NCBI GenBank assembly: GCA_048499805.1
Contig: JASNZF010000001.1
Span: forward strand, 303,551-367,550
Direction of reading: 5' to 3'
DNA: 64,000 bases
Source: Gemmatimonadales bacterium
Lineage (GTDB): Bacteria; Gemmatimonadota; Gemmatimonadetes; Gemmatimonadales; GWC2-71-9
Part shown: positions 46,301-54,745 of the stretch, in pieces
Layout of the letters: every line of letters starts with the position of its first letter
Position numbering within the stretch: the first letter of the stretch is position 1
Position numbers and translations under genes: made by a program
Notes under the pieces: model-generated
Told to the model about the DNA's origin: nothing
The model's input: only the letters and a program-made list of their open reading frames with translations
Database searches by the model: none

Positions 46301-46426
46301 CAGGCTGGAAAACAGGGCAGGGTCGACGGTGCTCGTAGCGGCGGCCCGGGGGGCCTGGGCCCGGCCGGGAAGCGGCGCGGCGCACAGCACGAGGGCACCG
46401 AGGGTGAGGAGGCGGAGCTGGGACAT
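43325..46426 (-). CDS. Secreted BNR/Asp-box (VPS10/sialidase-like) beta-propeller protein
   Basis: Signal peptide; RMIGPARGGRVTAV; repeated Asp-boxes (KTTDAGASW, RTQDGGRTW, RSRDGGLTW, RTDDYGATW); LSTQGRSFWILD. Confidence 0.92.
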   Translation of the reverse strand: MSQLRLLTLGALVLCAAPLPGRAQAPRAAATSTVDPALFSSLRYRMIGPARGGRVTAVTGVIQEPHTFYFGSTGGGVWKTTDAGASWNNVTDGFLDLGSIGSLDVADSDPRIVWVGTGSEGLRSNVSIGRGIWKSVDAGATWTAMGLRETGQLGAVIIHPTNPEIVLAAAVGNPFAPNPERGVYRTQDGGRTWSRTLFISDSTGVVDLEFHPGDPNTVYAAAWRAERKPWTIISGAHEGGLYRSRDGGLTWTKMTAGLPSGLVGKPDLAVSAAAPNRVYALIEALPNPGLYRSDNSGDSWQFVSNQSGLLNRPFYYTNLDADPTNADRLFAGAEGFYQSTDGGRTFRTVRTPHGDNHDLWINPRNPAIWIQANDGGANITLNDGATWSTQYNQPTAEIYQVAVDNQYPYRVYGAQQDNSTLILPSLPPASSSPDDPIQLWRQGPGCETGPIMPHPVHPDTVYGSCKGQYSRMSLRTGQEKQYWVGAQSLYGNPGTAMIYRFQRVSPMEISPHDPGTLYYGSQHVHRTRDEGATWETISPDLTEFDLTKQAPSGVPITLDVTGEEYYSTLYQIRESALEPGVIWTGANDGPIHLTRDGGKTWTKVTPPALPGGGRVQTIEPSPHRRGSAYVAVLRYLLGDFRPWIFRTDDYGATWTLLTTGTNGIPADEPTRVVREDPDREGLLYAGTEFGMFVSFDNGGRWQPLQLNLPRTPVTDLRIHRKDLVLSTQGRSFWILDNLSVLHQVTPAVLGAPAHLFTPREDIRYRYSGGFGGAEGARAPAADQPEFPPMGAAIEYWLGAAPQGALTLEIRDSRGTVVRRFSSEGPGEVARDPAEPGMRRPVQEIEGTPRLPARPGVNRFVWDYRWPGAWAANAGASGRNGPMAVPGRYTVRLAMGSWSAEVPLVIRADPRVTQDGVTQAVLEDQLAHNLRARDLVSDVNHLVDRVRTARQRAASAPTPDRTLLAELEEVEQKLITPPVRYSQPGLQAHISYLYGMDTRADQQVGKDSKDRLMVLRAELDALVATVNRLTGTRR

Positions 46427-46514
46427 GGCGGCGTTCCGGATTGGAGGGTGGTCTCTCCAATCTACGCCATTGGCACCTCACATGTTGGTCGGTCGCCTTC
46501 GATGGCGATCGACG

Positions 46515-46991
46515 CTACCGCTTCCAGAGCACGACCCACCAGTGGTGGTCGCTGCTGGTAGCGTGCACCGGTGCACTGGCCCACACCCCGCCGTAGGGCG
46601 ATCCGGGCGGGGGTGTGAAGGTCACCACATAATGCCCACCGGGCATCATGGGCAGCACGAAGCGGCCGTCGGCGCGTGTCACGACCGACGCCACCGGTGG
46701 AATGTCGAGTTGGGTGTAGGCGGCCACCGTGACCCCGGCGATGCGGGGGGCGGTGGTGAGGCTATCGTTGCCCGCCCCCGGGGCGGAGGGCCCCACGACT
46801 GTCCCCTGGAAGAAACCCGGGGCCGGTGTCCCCACGGGGGGCGGTGGCGGGGTGCCCGTGCTGTCCGTGCTGCCATACTGGACCAGCCCATCGAGCGGCG
46901 AGGCATTGGGTCCGGCGCTGTCGGTGCAGGCGGCGGCAGACGCCAGCAGGCAGAGCGTCAGGGGGATCGACTTGCGGACACGGGGGGACAT
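46515..46991 (-). CDS. Hypothetical lipoprotein with a carboxypeptidase-regulatory-like beta-sandwich
   Basis: ATG 46991, lipobox-like SAAA-C, then GTVVG...IAGVTV...VVTRADGRFVL...GHYVVTFTPP. Confidence 0.7.
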   Translation of the reverse strand: MSPRVRKSIPLTLCLLASAAACTDSAGPNASPLDGLVQYGSTDSTGTPPPPPVGTPAPGFFQGTVVGPSAPGAGNDSLTTAPRIAGVTVAAYTQLDIPPVASVVTRADGRFVLPMMPGGHYVVTFTPPPGSPYGGVWASAPVHATSSDHHWWVVLWKR

Positions 46992-47106
46992 GTCAGCCCT
47001 CGGGGTGGAGGCGGCGGCGTCTCCAACAGAGACGCCGCTCGCCGACCGGACGACACAGGGGGTGGACCTGATCGGCGACTCACAAGCAGGGATGCCTGGC
47101 CCGCTC

Positions 47107-48240
47107 CTACGGTCGCGGGTGGCGCGCCAGGTGCTGCAGGTCGTCCGCATCCCGGGTGACGACATAGGCATGCCTCTGCCCCAGGGCAACAACCTCCGCG
47201 CCGGCCGGCAACCTCACCTGGCCGATCCGGGTCCCGGCGGGGCTGAACCGGTCGTAGATGGCATCGGCGCCCGCATGCCGTCCCCGCAACACCCACGCCT
47301 CGCCCCCCGGCGCGATCAGCAGGCGCTCGAAGGGGGGCAGCGTCGTGGCAAACTCGTTGGTCTCCACCATCTGCGCGATCTGCGCCTCGGTCATCGGCGG
47401 CGAATGACCCATCCCCCCGTCGGGCCCCCGACCGCTGGTCGGGGAGCGAGTGACGAATTCGCGGACCCACGCCGTGCGGTCGGCCGGGCGGGTCGGCTCC
47501 GGCTGGTATCGATATGACGGCCCAGCCGTGACGCCGGCCGGGCCGGTGCGTTCGAGGTGGTAGTCGCCGGCGCGGACGATCAGCACCCCCCCCGAGGGCA
47601 GGACCCGCCAGGCATCCTGGGGCGCGAGCGCGATCATGGAGAACCCGGGTGTCATCCGCGGCCCTCGATGCACCGGCGGGGTGCTGCCCTTGACGATGGC
47701 GACGCGTTCGGATCGCGCCGTGACGAGGTCCAAGCGGAAGATTTCGAGGGAATCCGCCGGCAGGGGACTGGCGCCACGCGCCCACGCCGGCATGACGTAG
47801 TAGAGCCTGCCTCGTTCATCGACACCGCCCACCGAGCCCAGTCCCGGCGTCTCGGTTGAAATGGTGCGTGCGAATCGACCGTCTGGCCCCACGACGGTCA
47901 GCCGCCCATTGCCGACATCGGCGAGCAGGGTCGAATCCCCCGCCATCGGCCAGAGTGCGGCGGGGAGGCGGTATTCCTGGGGACCTGATCCCGTCCGTCC
48001 CAGAGGGGTGGCTCGACGGAACCCGGCATCGATCATCACCAACCGTTCCTCGATCCAATCGGTCACCAGCACGCGCCCGTCGGAGAGTTCCCTCACGCCC
48101 CTGACCTGCGAGAACTCCACGGAAACGACGGCGTCCGGCTCGGCGAGAGGTCGGATGGCCTGACCGCCGGCCAGGCCAGGGGTGACCGTGAGCAGGAGGA
48201 GTGCCGTGCGGGTGATCTGGTGCGGGATGGACAGGCCCAT
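47107..48240 (-). CDS. Secreted 6-bladed beta-propeller-like hypothetical protein
   Basis: ATG 48240 with a signal peptide. FSQVRGVRELSDGRVLV, GRTGSGPQEYRLP and GGEAWV...YDRFSPAG. Confidence 0.75.
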   Translation of the reverse strand: MGLSIPHQITRTALLLLTVTPGLAGGQAIRPLAEPDAVVSVEFSQVRGVRELSDGRVLVTDWIEERLVMIDAGFRRATPLGRTGSGPQEYRLPAALWPMAGDSTLLADVGNGRLTVVGPDGRFARTISTETPGLGSVGGVDERGRLYYVMPAWARGASPLPADSLEIFRLDLVTARSERVAIVKGSTPPVHRGPRMTPGFSMIALAPQDAWRVLPSGGVLIVRAGDYHLERTGPAGVTAGPSYRYQPEPTRPADRTAWVREFVTRSPTSGRGPDGGMGHSPPMTEAQIAQMVETNEFATTLPPFERLLIAPGGEAWVLRGRHAGADAIYDRFSPAGTRIGQVRLPAGAEVVALGQRHAYVVTRDADDLQHLARHPRP

Positions 48241-48402
48241 GTCATTCCCCGAGCGGGTGAGAAAGGCGAGGCGGGGTGCTGATCCCCCTACGGGGCCAAC
48301 GCCGCGCAAGGTTCCACGAGCGGTCGTGTCCACCTCATACCCGGGACGGGAAGGCTTATCTTGGGGGGGATTCGTCCCCTGCACCCCTCCCCGGAGATGG
48401 CA

Positions 48403-50049
48403 ATGCGCACCACCCTGCTGTTCGCCGCCGGTATCGTCCTCGCGTCGGCCTGCGCCCGCACTGAGACCACCCCGGTCCCCGCGCTGGACGGCGCCCGCCT
48501 CATGGCCGATATCGCCATGCTCGCCTCGGACTCATTCCTGGGCCGGGCGCCCGGCAGCATCGGCGAGGACCGGACGGTGGAGTACCTGGAGCGGGAGTTT
48601 CGCGCCATGGGGCTGCAGCCCGGCAACCCGGACGGCACCTACATCCAGAACGTGCCGTTGGTCGGGATCACGGCAGATCCCGGAATGGCGCTATCCATCG
48701 CGGGGGGCGGCGCTCCACTCCCGTCGATCTATCTCTATCGCCAGGGGTTCGTGGCGTGGACCCGCCACGTCGCCGATTCGGTTCAACTCGAGAACTCGGA
48801 ACTGGTGTTCATCGGCTACGGCGCCCAGGCGCCCGAGTTCAACTGGGATGACATCAAGGGGACCGACCTCAAGGGCAAGACCCTCGTGGTGCTGGTCAAC
48901 GATCCTCCCCTGGCCGACACGACCCAGTTCGGTGGGCGGGCGATGACCTACTATGGCCGCTGGACCTACAAGTTCGAGAAGGCCGCCGAACTGGGCGCCG
49001 CCGGCATGCTGATCGTGCACGAGGAAGGGCCGGCCGGATACCCGTGGGCGGTGGTGCAGGGAATGGGGGGCGAGAAGTTCGACCTGGTGACCCCCGACCG
49101 CAATCTCGGGCGGGCGTCCATGGAGGGATGGATCCACCTCGACGTGGCTCGCCAGCTCTTCGCCCGCGCAGGGCAGGACTTTGACAGCCTCAAGGCCAGG
49201 GCCCTGACCCGTGACTTTGCGCCGGTTCCGCTGGGACTCGCCGCGTCCATCACCATCCGGAACACGCTGCGTACCGTGGATTCCCGCAATGTGGTGGCCA
49301 AGGTCGAGGGCAGCGACCCGGTGCTGAAGGACGAGTACATCATCTATGACGCCCACTGGGATCACTTCGGCGTCGGGGAGCCGGTGGACGGCGATTCGAT
49401 CTACAACGGCGCCTTCGACAATGCCTCCGGCACCGCGGGGCTGCTGGAGCTGGCCCGCGCCTTCCAGTCGCTCGAGGTCAAGCCGAAGCGGAGCATCCTG
49501 TTCCTTGCGGTCACCGCCGAGGAACAGGGGCTGCTGGGGTCGGAGTACTACGCCCGCACCCCCCTCTACCCGCTGTCCAGTACGCTGGCAAACATCAACA
49601 TGGATGAACTGAACATGGATGGCGCGACCTCCGATATCGTCGTCATCGGACTGGGCGCCTCGGAACTGGACGACTACCTCCGGGAGGCCGCGGCCGATCA
49701 GGGTCGCACCCTCCGGCCTGATCCGGAGCCCGAGAAGGGGTTCTACTATCGCTCCGATCACTTCAACTTCGCCAAGGTCGGTGTGCCGGCGCTCTATACC
49801 AACGTCGGCGTCACCTTCCCAGGCCAGCCCGCGGACTACGGTGAACGGACCCGTGCGGAGTACAACACCCAGCGTTATCACAAGCCGAGCGACGAGATCC
49901 AGCCGTCCTGGTCCCCCGACGGGGCGATCCAGGACCTGGCGCTGTTCTTCACGGTGGGATACCGGGTGGCGCAGGCGGCCACCTTTCCCCAGTGGGCGCC
50001 CGGCAATGAGTTCCGGGCCCGGCGGGAGGCGAGCCTGGCCCCGAGGTGA
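48403..50049 (+). CDS. M28 family metallopeptidase with a PA domain, lipoprotein
   Basis: Lipobox LASA-C. GRAPGS, YYGRWTYK, AHWDHFG, GAFDNASG, TAEEQGLLGS, NMD and RSDHFNF...YHKPSD. Confidence 0.93.
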   Translation: MRTTLLFAAGIVLASACARTETTPVPALDGARLMADIAMLASDSFLGRAPGSIGEDRTVEYLEREFRAMGLQPGNPDGTYIQNVPLVGITADPGMALSIAGGGAPLPSIYLYRQGFVAWTRHVADSVQLENSELVFIGYGAQAPEFNWDDIKGTDLKGKTLVVLVNDPPLADTTQFGGRAMTYYGRWTYKFEKAAELGAAGMLIVHEEGPAGYPWAVVQGMGGEKFDLVTPDRNLGRASMEGWIHLDVARQLFARAGQDFDSLKARALTRDFAPVPLGLAASITIRNTLRTVDSRNVVAKVEGSDPVLKDEYIIYDAHWDHFGVGEPVDGDSIYNGAFDNASGTAGLLELARAFQSLEVKPKRSILFLAVTAEEQGLLGSEYYARTPLYPLSSTLANINMDELNMDGATSDIVVIGLGASELDDYLREAAADQGRTLRPDPEPEKGFYYRSDHFNFAKVGVPALYTNVGVTFPGQPADYGERTRAEYNTQRYHKPSDEIQPSWSPDGAIQDLALFFTVGYRVAQAATFPQWAPGNEFRARREASLAPR

Positions 50050-50130
50050 GAAGTTGGAAGCGAGAAGCGAGAAGTCAGGCCGTGGTGCAGGCCCCAGCTT
50101 CTCGCTTCTCCCTCCTCGCTTCTCCCTTCT
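50050..50130. repeat. Inverted pair of heptamer arrays between convergent genes
   Basis: GAAGTTG GAAGCGA GAAGCGA GAAGTCA, then CTTCTCG CTTCTCC CTCCTCG CTTCTCC. Confidence 0.8.
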
Positions 50131-51082
50131 AATACACTCCCAGGTCCCGCCCCGACACCACCCGGCCGCTGAAGGTCCCCCGCACTTCCTGGAGAAGCGC
50201 GTCGTCGGACGTTCCCATGTGCAACTGGTGATAGAGGAGGAGCAGGGTGGGCCGGGCCTCGGTGGCCAGCCGTCCGAGATCGGCGGCCCCGGTGTGCGCC
50301 AGGCCGTGATAGGCCTGCCACTCCGGGGTGCGCTTGGCGAACCCGGTGTCAGAATACACCTCGTGCACCAGGACGTCGCAGCCGTTGCAGGCGGCAATCA
50401 ACGCCTCGCTGTAGCGGGTGTCACCGGAGACCACGATGACCCGGTCGGCGGTCTCGAACCGGTACCCCCACGCCTCGGCCCAGTCGGCGTGGGGCACCGG
50501 GACCGCGGTCACCGTCACCAGCGAGTCCTGGTACACCACACCCGCCTGCACCCGGTGCACCTCGCTCCGCCAGCCGGTAGCGTTCTGGGGCTGGAGCCCG
50601 TCAACCCGGTTCCGGATGTCTGCGTCGTAGGCCATCGTCAGGTGCGACATCAGGGCATCGGCGCCGGTGGGACCGTAGACTTCGAGCGGCTCGGTTCGCT
50701 CGAGCACCCAGGGCGTCAGGAGGAGGTCGGCCATCCCGATGGTGTGGTCGCTGTGCAGGTGGGTCAGGAATACCCGCCGGAGCTTGGTGACTGGGATCCC
50801 GGCGGCAACGGCCCGCCGGACCACGCCGGCACCGGCGTCCACCAGATAGGGCTCACCGTTGACCACGATCGCCACCGCCGGCCCGAACCGGGCCGTGTCG
50901 GGGTTGGGGTTGCCGGTGCCCAGAAGGACCACATGGGTGCCGCGCGAGAGGTCCACCGCGCTGTCGGCCACCGTGGCGGCGCGCGTGGCCGCCTGGGGCG
51001 ACCGCTCCTCCCCCCCGCAGGCCGCGACCGCCACGAGTGGCAGGAGGCGGCGCAGGCGGCACCACCGCGTCACGCCGGTCAT
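50129..51082 (-). CDS. MBL-fold metallohydrolase (RNase Z/AtsA-like), probable lipoprotein
   Basis: LLGTG, LVDAG, THLHSDH, SGDT, VLVHE and YHQL motifs. N-terminal VAVAA-C. Confidence 0.88.
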   Translation of the reverse strand: MTGVTRWCRLRRLLPLVAVAACGGEERSPQAATRAATVADSAVDLSRGTHVVLLGTGNPNPDTARFGPAVAIVVNGEPYLVDAGAGVVRRAVAAGIPVTKLRRVFLTHLHSDHTIGMADLLLTPWVLERTEPLEVYGPTGADALMSHLTMAYDADIRNRVDGLQPQNATGWRSEVHRVQAGVVYQDSLVTVTAVPVPHADWAEAWGYRFETADRVIVVSGDTRYSEALIAACNGCDVLVHEVYSDTGFAKRTPEWQAYHGLAHTGAADLGRLATEARPTLLLLYHQLHMGTSDDALLQEVRGTFSGRVVSGRDLGVY

Positions 51083-52017
51083 GGCGCCGGGGGGGTGGGC
51101 TTCAGGACATACACCAGCCAGTCGCCCCGCTTCTTCTCGGCCTTGCGGTCCACCGCATCCAGGTCTGCCACCGGCATCCCGGTCACGACCGCGATCCGGC
51201 TGCCCTTGGGCAGCCGGGACTTGACCCGGCTCACGGTGCCGAGGTGGAAGTCACTGTGGAAGGCGCCATTCATGTGAACGACCAGGGTACCGGGGGACCA
51301 CGCCGCGGCGATCGACTCGGCCATCGTCTCGTCCTTGACGCACTGGGCCTGGTAGATCCTGAGCAGCGTCTGGCGGGCCGCCTCCGGGTCTTCGGGGCCC
51401 CCACCATGATTGGTGGGCATCCCCGCCATGGTCGCCAGGAACCGCTTGGCGTAGTCGTCGTTCTCCGGGCAGGAGAGCTGGCTCGCGGCGTGGGCCCGCC
51501 GGTCGGCCGGGATGGTGTCCAGGTAGGCCAGGCCGGCCCGCGACACCGCCGAGGCCATCGGCCGGGGCACGTTGGCCGCGACCACCGGCCACCCGCGGGC
51601 CTTGGCCAGTTCCACCAGCCCGCGGTAGTCGGTGGCGTAGCGAGGCCAGGGCCGGCTGCCGGCCAGGAACTCCTCCTCGCCGAGCTGCCCCGCGGCATAG
51701 GCGGTCACCTGTGGCTGGACGTCCCGCTCGAACATCTCGAGCGACAGGACGACCTGGTCCCGCCGCCGGCCGATCGCCTCGAGGAGGGCCAGCTGCATCC
51801 GGTGCGTGGCGGGATCGTCATGCTGCTCGCCGAAGAAGACCACATCCGCCTGCGCCAGCTCGGCGGCCATCGCCTCGAAGTCCTCCACGCGCTGCTTCTT
51901 GGTCAGGATGACGCGATGCGGCACGTACGAGGGGGTGGGGGCCTGGGCGACCATGGCGGTCGGCAGGAGGAGGGCGGCGGTGCAGGCGGTGGCCGCCCAT
52001 CGGGACGAGCGCTTCAT
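51079..52017 (-). CDS. ChaN-family (heme-uptake-like) exported protein
   Basis: ATG 52017. DVVFFGEQHD, LSLEMFERD, YRGLVELAK, VAANVPR, KDETMAESI and NGAFHS. Confidence 0.85.
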   Translation of the reverse strand: MKRSSRWAATACTAALLLPTAMVAQAPTPSYVPHRVILTKKQRVEDFEAMAAELAQADVVFFGEQHDDPATHRMQLALLEAIGRRRDQVVLSLEMFERDVQPQVTAYAAGQLGEEEFLAGSRPWPRYATDYRGLVELAKARGWPVVAANVPRPMASAVSRAGLAYLDTIPADRRAHAASQLSCPENDDYAKRFLATMAGMPTNHGGGPEDPEAARQTLLRIYQAQCVKDETMAESIAAAWSPGTLVVHMNGAFHSDFHLGTVSRVKSRLPKGSRIAVVTGMPVADLDAVDRKAEKKRGDWLVYVLKPTPPAP

Positions 52018-52397
52018 CGGGACTCCGGAGGGGGGTGTCGTTGGGTGCCGCCTGGATTGCCCAGGTGGCGGCCCTGGAGGATCATGCGGGCGGCCTCGCT
52101 GGCCGGGCCCGGAGCGCGAGCCATGCGCTCGAGGGTGGCGTCGTCCTGCCGGCCCAGCTCGGCCAGGAGCAGCATCTGGGCGGCCGAACCGGTGCTCGAT
52201 TCCTGGGCCTGGGTCCGTTCGCGCACGTTTCGGATGCCGATCCACCCCGCCAGCGCCAGGCAGGTCCCGGCCCAGACCAGCCCCGAGGCCAGCCCGTCGC
52301 GCTCGCCCGCCTGGACGGCCCGGAGCGTCACCACCAGCCAGTAGGTGGCCAGGCCCACCAGCAGCCACATCGCCGCGCGCCACAGCGTTCGTCGCAT
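52014..52397 (-). CDS. Small hypothetical membrane protein (2 TM)
   Basis: GAGG then ATG 52397. Two hydrophobic helices. The stop overlaps the ChaN start. Confidence 0.6.
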   Translation of the reverse strand: MRRTLWRAAMWLLVGLATYWLVVTLRAVQAGERDGLASGLVWAGTCLALAGWIGIRNVRERTQAQESSTGSAAQMLLLAELGRQDDATLERMARAPGPASEAARMILQGRHLGNPGGTQRHPPPESR

Positions 52398-52489
52398 CGT
52401 CGCCACCTCGGATGGAGTTCCGCAGGACTGCCCGTGCGCCCCTTCTCCTGCCCATTGCCCACCGCTCACTGCTTGCTTCGCACTGCACA

Positions 52490-52524
52490 CTTCTCACTTC
52501 TCGCTTCTCACTTCTCGCTTCTCG
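52490..52524. repeat. Heptamer tandem repeat CTTCTC(A/G) x5
   Basis: CTTCTCA CTTCTCG CTTCTCA CTTCTCG CTTCTCG, immediately after the groES-like stop. Confidence 0.85.
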
Positions 52525-52526
52525 CT

Positions 52527-52904
52527 TCAGATCGGCAAATCATCCCGGATCAGTAGAAGGATCGCCGCCAGCGGCACGACGAGGTAGGTCTTCTCCTCGA
52601 ACTTGACCTCGACGGCGGCCTTGCGGAAGAACAGCGCCTGGTCGCCCACCTTGGCCTGCATGGGACGGTAGCGGGGTCCGGAGGACCGGTACTCGAGCTT
52701 CCAGGGCTCGTCCTCGCTGGTACCGGGGTCGGGAATCGGGTCCCCCGGCCCGGTGGCGACGATCAGGCCGCTCTGCACCGCCTGGGTGTCAATGGCGGAG
52801 GCCGGCAGGTAGAGGCCGACCTTGGTGCGCTCCTCGCCGTCCTCGGGGGTCACCAGGACCCGGTCGCCGACGACCAGGAGCCGCTTGGGCGGGAAGGCGT
52901 CCAT
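52527..52904 (-). CDS. GroES/Cpn10-family co-chaperone (orphan paralog)
   Basis: VGDRVLV...TKVGLYLP...SGLIVATGPG...KVGDQALF...EVKFEEKTYLVV...ILLL. Confidence 0.82.
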   Translation of the reverse strand: MDAFPPKRLLVVGDRVLVTPEDGEERTKVGLYLPASAIDTQAVQSGLIVATGPGDPIPDPGTSEDEPWKLEYRSSGPRYRPMQAKVGDQALFFRKAAVEVKFEEKTYLVVPLAAILLLIRDDLPI

Positions 52905-52909
52905 GGGGG

Positions 52910-53380
52910 TCAGGTGCCGCCGTGCACGGTGACGAGCTCGAGGATCCGCAGGCTGCGGCGGCCGTTGGGGAGCTGGAGCTCGACCTCGTCGCCGACCTTG
53001 CCGTTGCGCAGGGCCCGCCCCAGCGGCGACGCCAGGCTGATGTGGCCCTCGTCGATGTCCATCATCTCGGGGAGCACCAGCATGTACGTGTCCTGCTCTC
53101 CAGTGGCCAGGTCGGTCACCGTAACCCGGGAACCCAGGCCGACCCGGTCCAGGGGGGCCTCGGTACCGGCCAGCTGGCTCAACTGGCTCAGCCGCTGGTG
53201 GAGCTGCCCCAGCCGGGCCTGGACGAGCTGCTGGCGCTCGAGGGCCGCCTTGTACTCGCTGTTCTCGCGCAGGTCGCCCATTTCGACCGCCGTGGCGATC
53301 GCCTGGGGCAGGGTGACAGTGAGCTCATGGCTCAGGGCCTCGATCTCCTTGCCCAGCTTCTCGCGCATTTCCTGGATCAT
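52910..53380 (-). CDS. greA: Transcription elongation factor GreA
   Basis: GDLRENSEYKAA, VGLGSRV, ISLASPLGRAL and GDEVE. Start is 53380 or 53389. Confidence 0.92.
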   Translation of the reverse strand: MIQEMREKLGKEIEALSHELTVTLPQAIATAVEMGDLRENSEYKAALERQQLVQARLGQLHQRLSQLSQLAGTEAPLDRVGLGSRVTVTDLATGEQDTYMLVLPEMMDIDEGHISLASPLGRALRNGKVGDEVELQLPNGRRSLRILELVTVHGGT

Positions 53381-53522
53381 CGACGCCATCCACAAAAAAA
53401 GGTCCGCCCGGCGAGGTCGCTCGCCGGGCCGGTGGGGATCCTCCGTGGAATATGGGGCGGCGACCGGGTGCGGGGAAGAGGGTGGGGGGGCGCGCCGCCC
53501 CGACCAGCCGACCGGATTTTCC

Positions 53523-53551
53523 TTGACTGCATTGGGGGGACATGGTACAAT
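53523..53551 (+). promoter_or_regulatory. Sigma70 promoter of the cytochrome oxidase operon
   Basis: TTGACT, N17, TACAAT, with an extended -10 TG. Confidence 0.75.
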
Positions 53552-53616
53552 CCGCCCGGTATTTTGCGGGCCGTTCCCGCCCATCGCTGGTTTCTTGCGC
53601 ACGGGATGTCTGCCTC

Positions 53617-54729
53617 ATGGCACTGAGCACCGGTTTGCTCCGGCGCTTCCGGCCCTATCTGGCCGGTGCGCTGACGCTCGCCCTGCTGGTTCTCGTCGGG
53701 TGCACCACCAACGAGGCCACCTATCCCCAGACCACCCTCGCCCCCAAGAGCGACTTCACCAGGATGGTGGACGACCTCTTGCAGACCACCTTCTTCTGGG
53801 CAGTGCTGGTCTTCGTCCTGGTCGAGAGCGCGCTGCTCTTCGCGATCTGGAAGTTCCGGGGCAAGCCCGGCGACGCCGAGCCGAAGCAGGTCCACGGCAA
53901 CGTCCTCCTCGAGCTGGTCTGGACCGCGATCCCGACCCTGATCCTGGTGGCCATCGCGGTGCCCACCGTCCGGACGATCTTCCAGACCTCCGCCAGTCCC
54001 ACCGCCCCCGACATCGAGATCGAGGTCATCGGGCACCAGTGGTGGTGGGAGTACCGGTACCCGGCCCTTGGCGTCGTCACCGCCAACGAGCTGCACGTGC
54101 CGGTCGGCAAGACGATCTCCCTCAAGATGTGGAGCGCCGACGTGCTCCACAGCTTCTGGAGCCCGCAGCTGGCGGCCAAGCGGGACGTCTTCCCGCAGGG
54201 ACCGCGCTTCCAGAAGATCAACCCGCTCTGGTTCAAGGCCGACACCACCGGCGACTTCAGCGGCCAGTGCGCCGAGTTCTGCGGGATCCAGCATGCCCGC
54301 ATGGGGCTCCGCGTCATCGTCCAGACCGAGGCGGAGTTCGATGCGTGGGTGGCCCAGCAGCGGATCGGCTCGCCGCTCGTCAACGGCGGGGTCGTGCCGC
54401 CCGCCACCGACAGCGCCGGCACCCCGCTGCCCCCGGACAGCCTGATGGCCGTCGGCGCCCAGACCTTCCAGGCCGCGGGCTGCATCGCCTGCCACGCCAT
54501 GGTCGGCACCCCGCTGGCGGGGACCACGTCGCTCATGGGCCCGAACCTCTCCCATGTCGGCAGCCGGCGCACCATCGGCGCCAACATGTACGCCAACACC
54601 CCCGAGAACCTCGCCAACTGGCTCCGGGATCCCCAGGGGATGAAGGAAGGGTCGCTGATGGTCCTGCCGCGACCGCTGACCGAGGACGAAATCACCACGC
54701 TGGTGGCATACCTGCGGGCGCACCAGTAA
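53617..54729 (+). CDS. coxB: Cytochrome c oxidase subunit II with a fused cytochrome c (caa3-type)
   Basis: GHQWWW, DVLHSF, CuA motif CAEFCGIQHARM, heme c CIACH and GPNLSH. Confidence 0.96.
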   Translation: MALSTGLLRRFRPYLAGALTLALLVLVGCTTNEATYPQTTLAPKSDFTRMVDDLLQTTFFWAVLVFVLVESALLFAIWKFRGKPGDAEPKQVHGNVLLELVWTAIPTLILVAIAVPTVRTIFQTSASPTAPDIEIEVIGHQWWWEYRYPALGVVTANELHVPVGKTISLKMWSADVLHSFWSPQLAAKRDVFPQGPRFQKINPLWFKADTTGDFSGQCAEFCGIQHARMGLRVIVQTEAEFDAWVAQQRIGSPLVNGGVVPPATDSAGTPLPPDSLMAVGAQTFQAAGCIACHAMVGTPLAGTTSLMGPNLSHVGSRRTIGANMYANTPENLANWLRDPQGMKEGSLMVLPRPLTEDEITTLVAYLRAHQ

Positions 54730-54745
54730 CCGGGATACCAGACAC

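Noticed and set aside
43316-46561. 1081-aa plus-strand ORF
   Set aside because: Antisense shadow of the BNR-repeat protein.
50129-51082. MBL hydrolase as the missing sulfur-transfer or sulfatase partner of the cys operon
   Set aside because: It lies about 28 kb away with no shared regulation visible, and the family is functionally broad.
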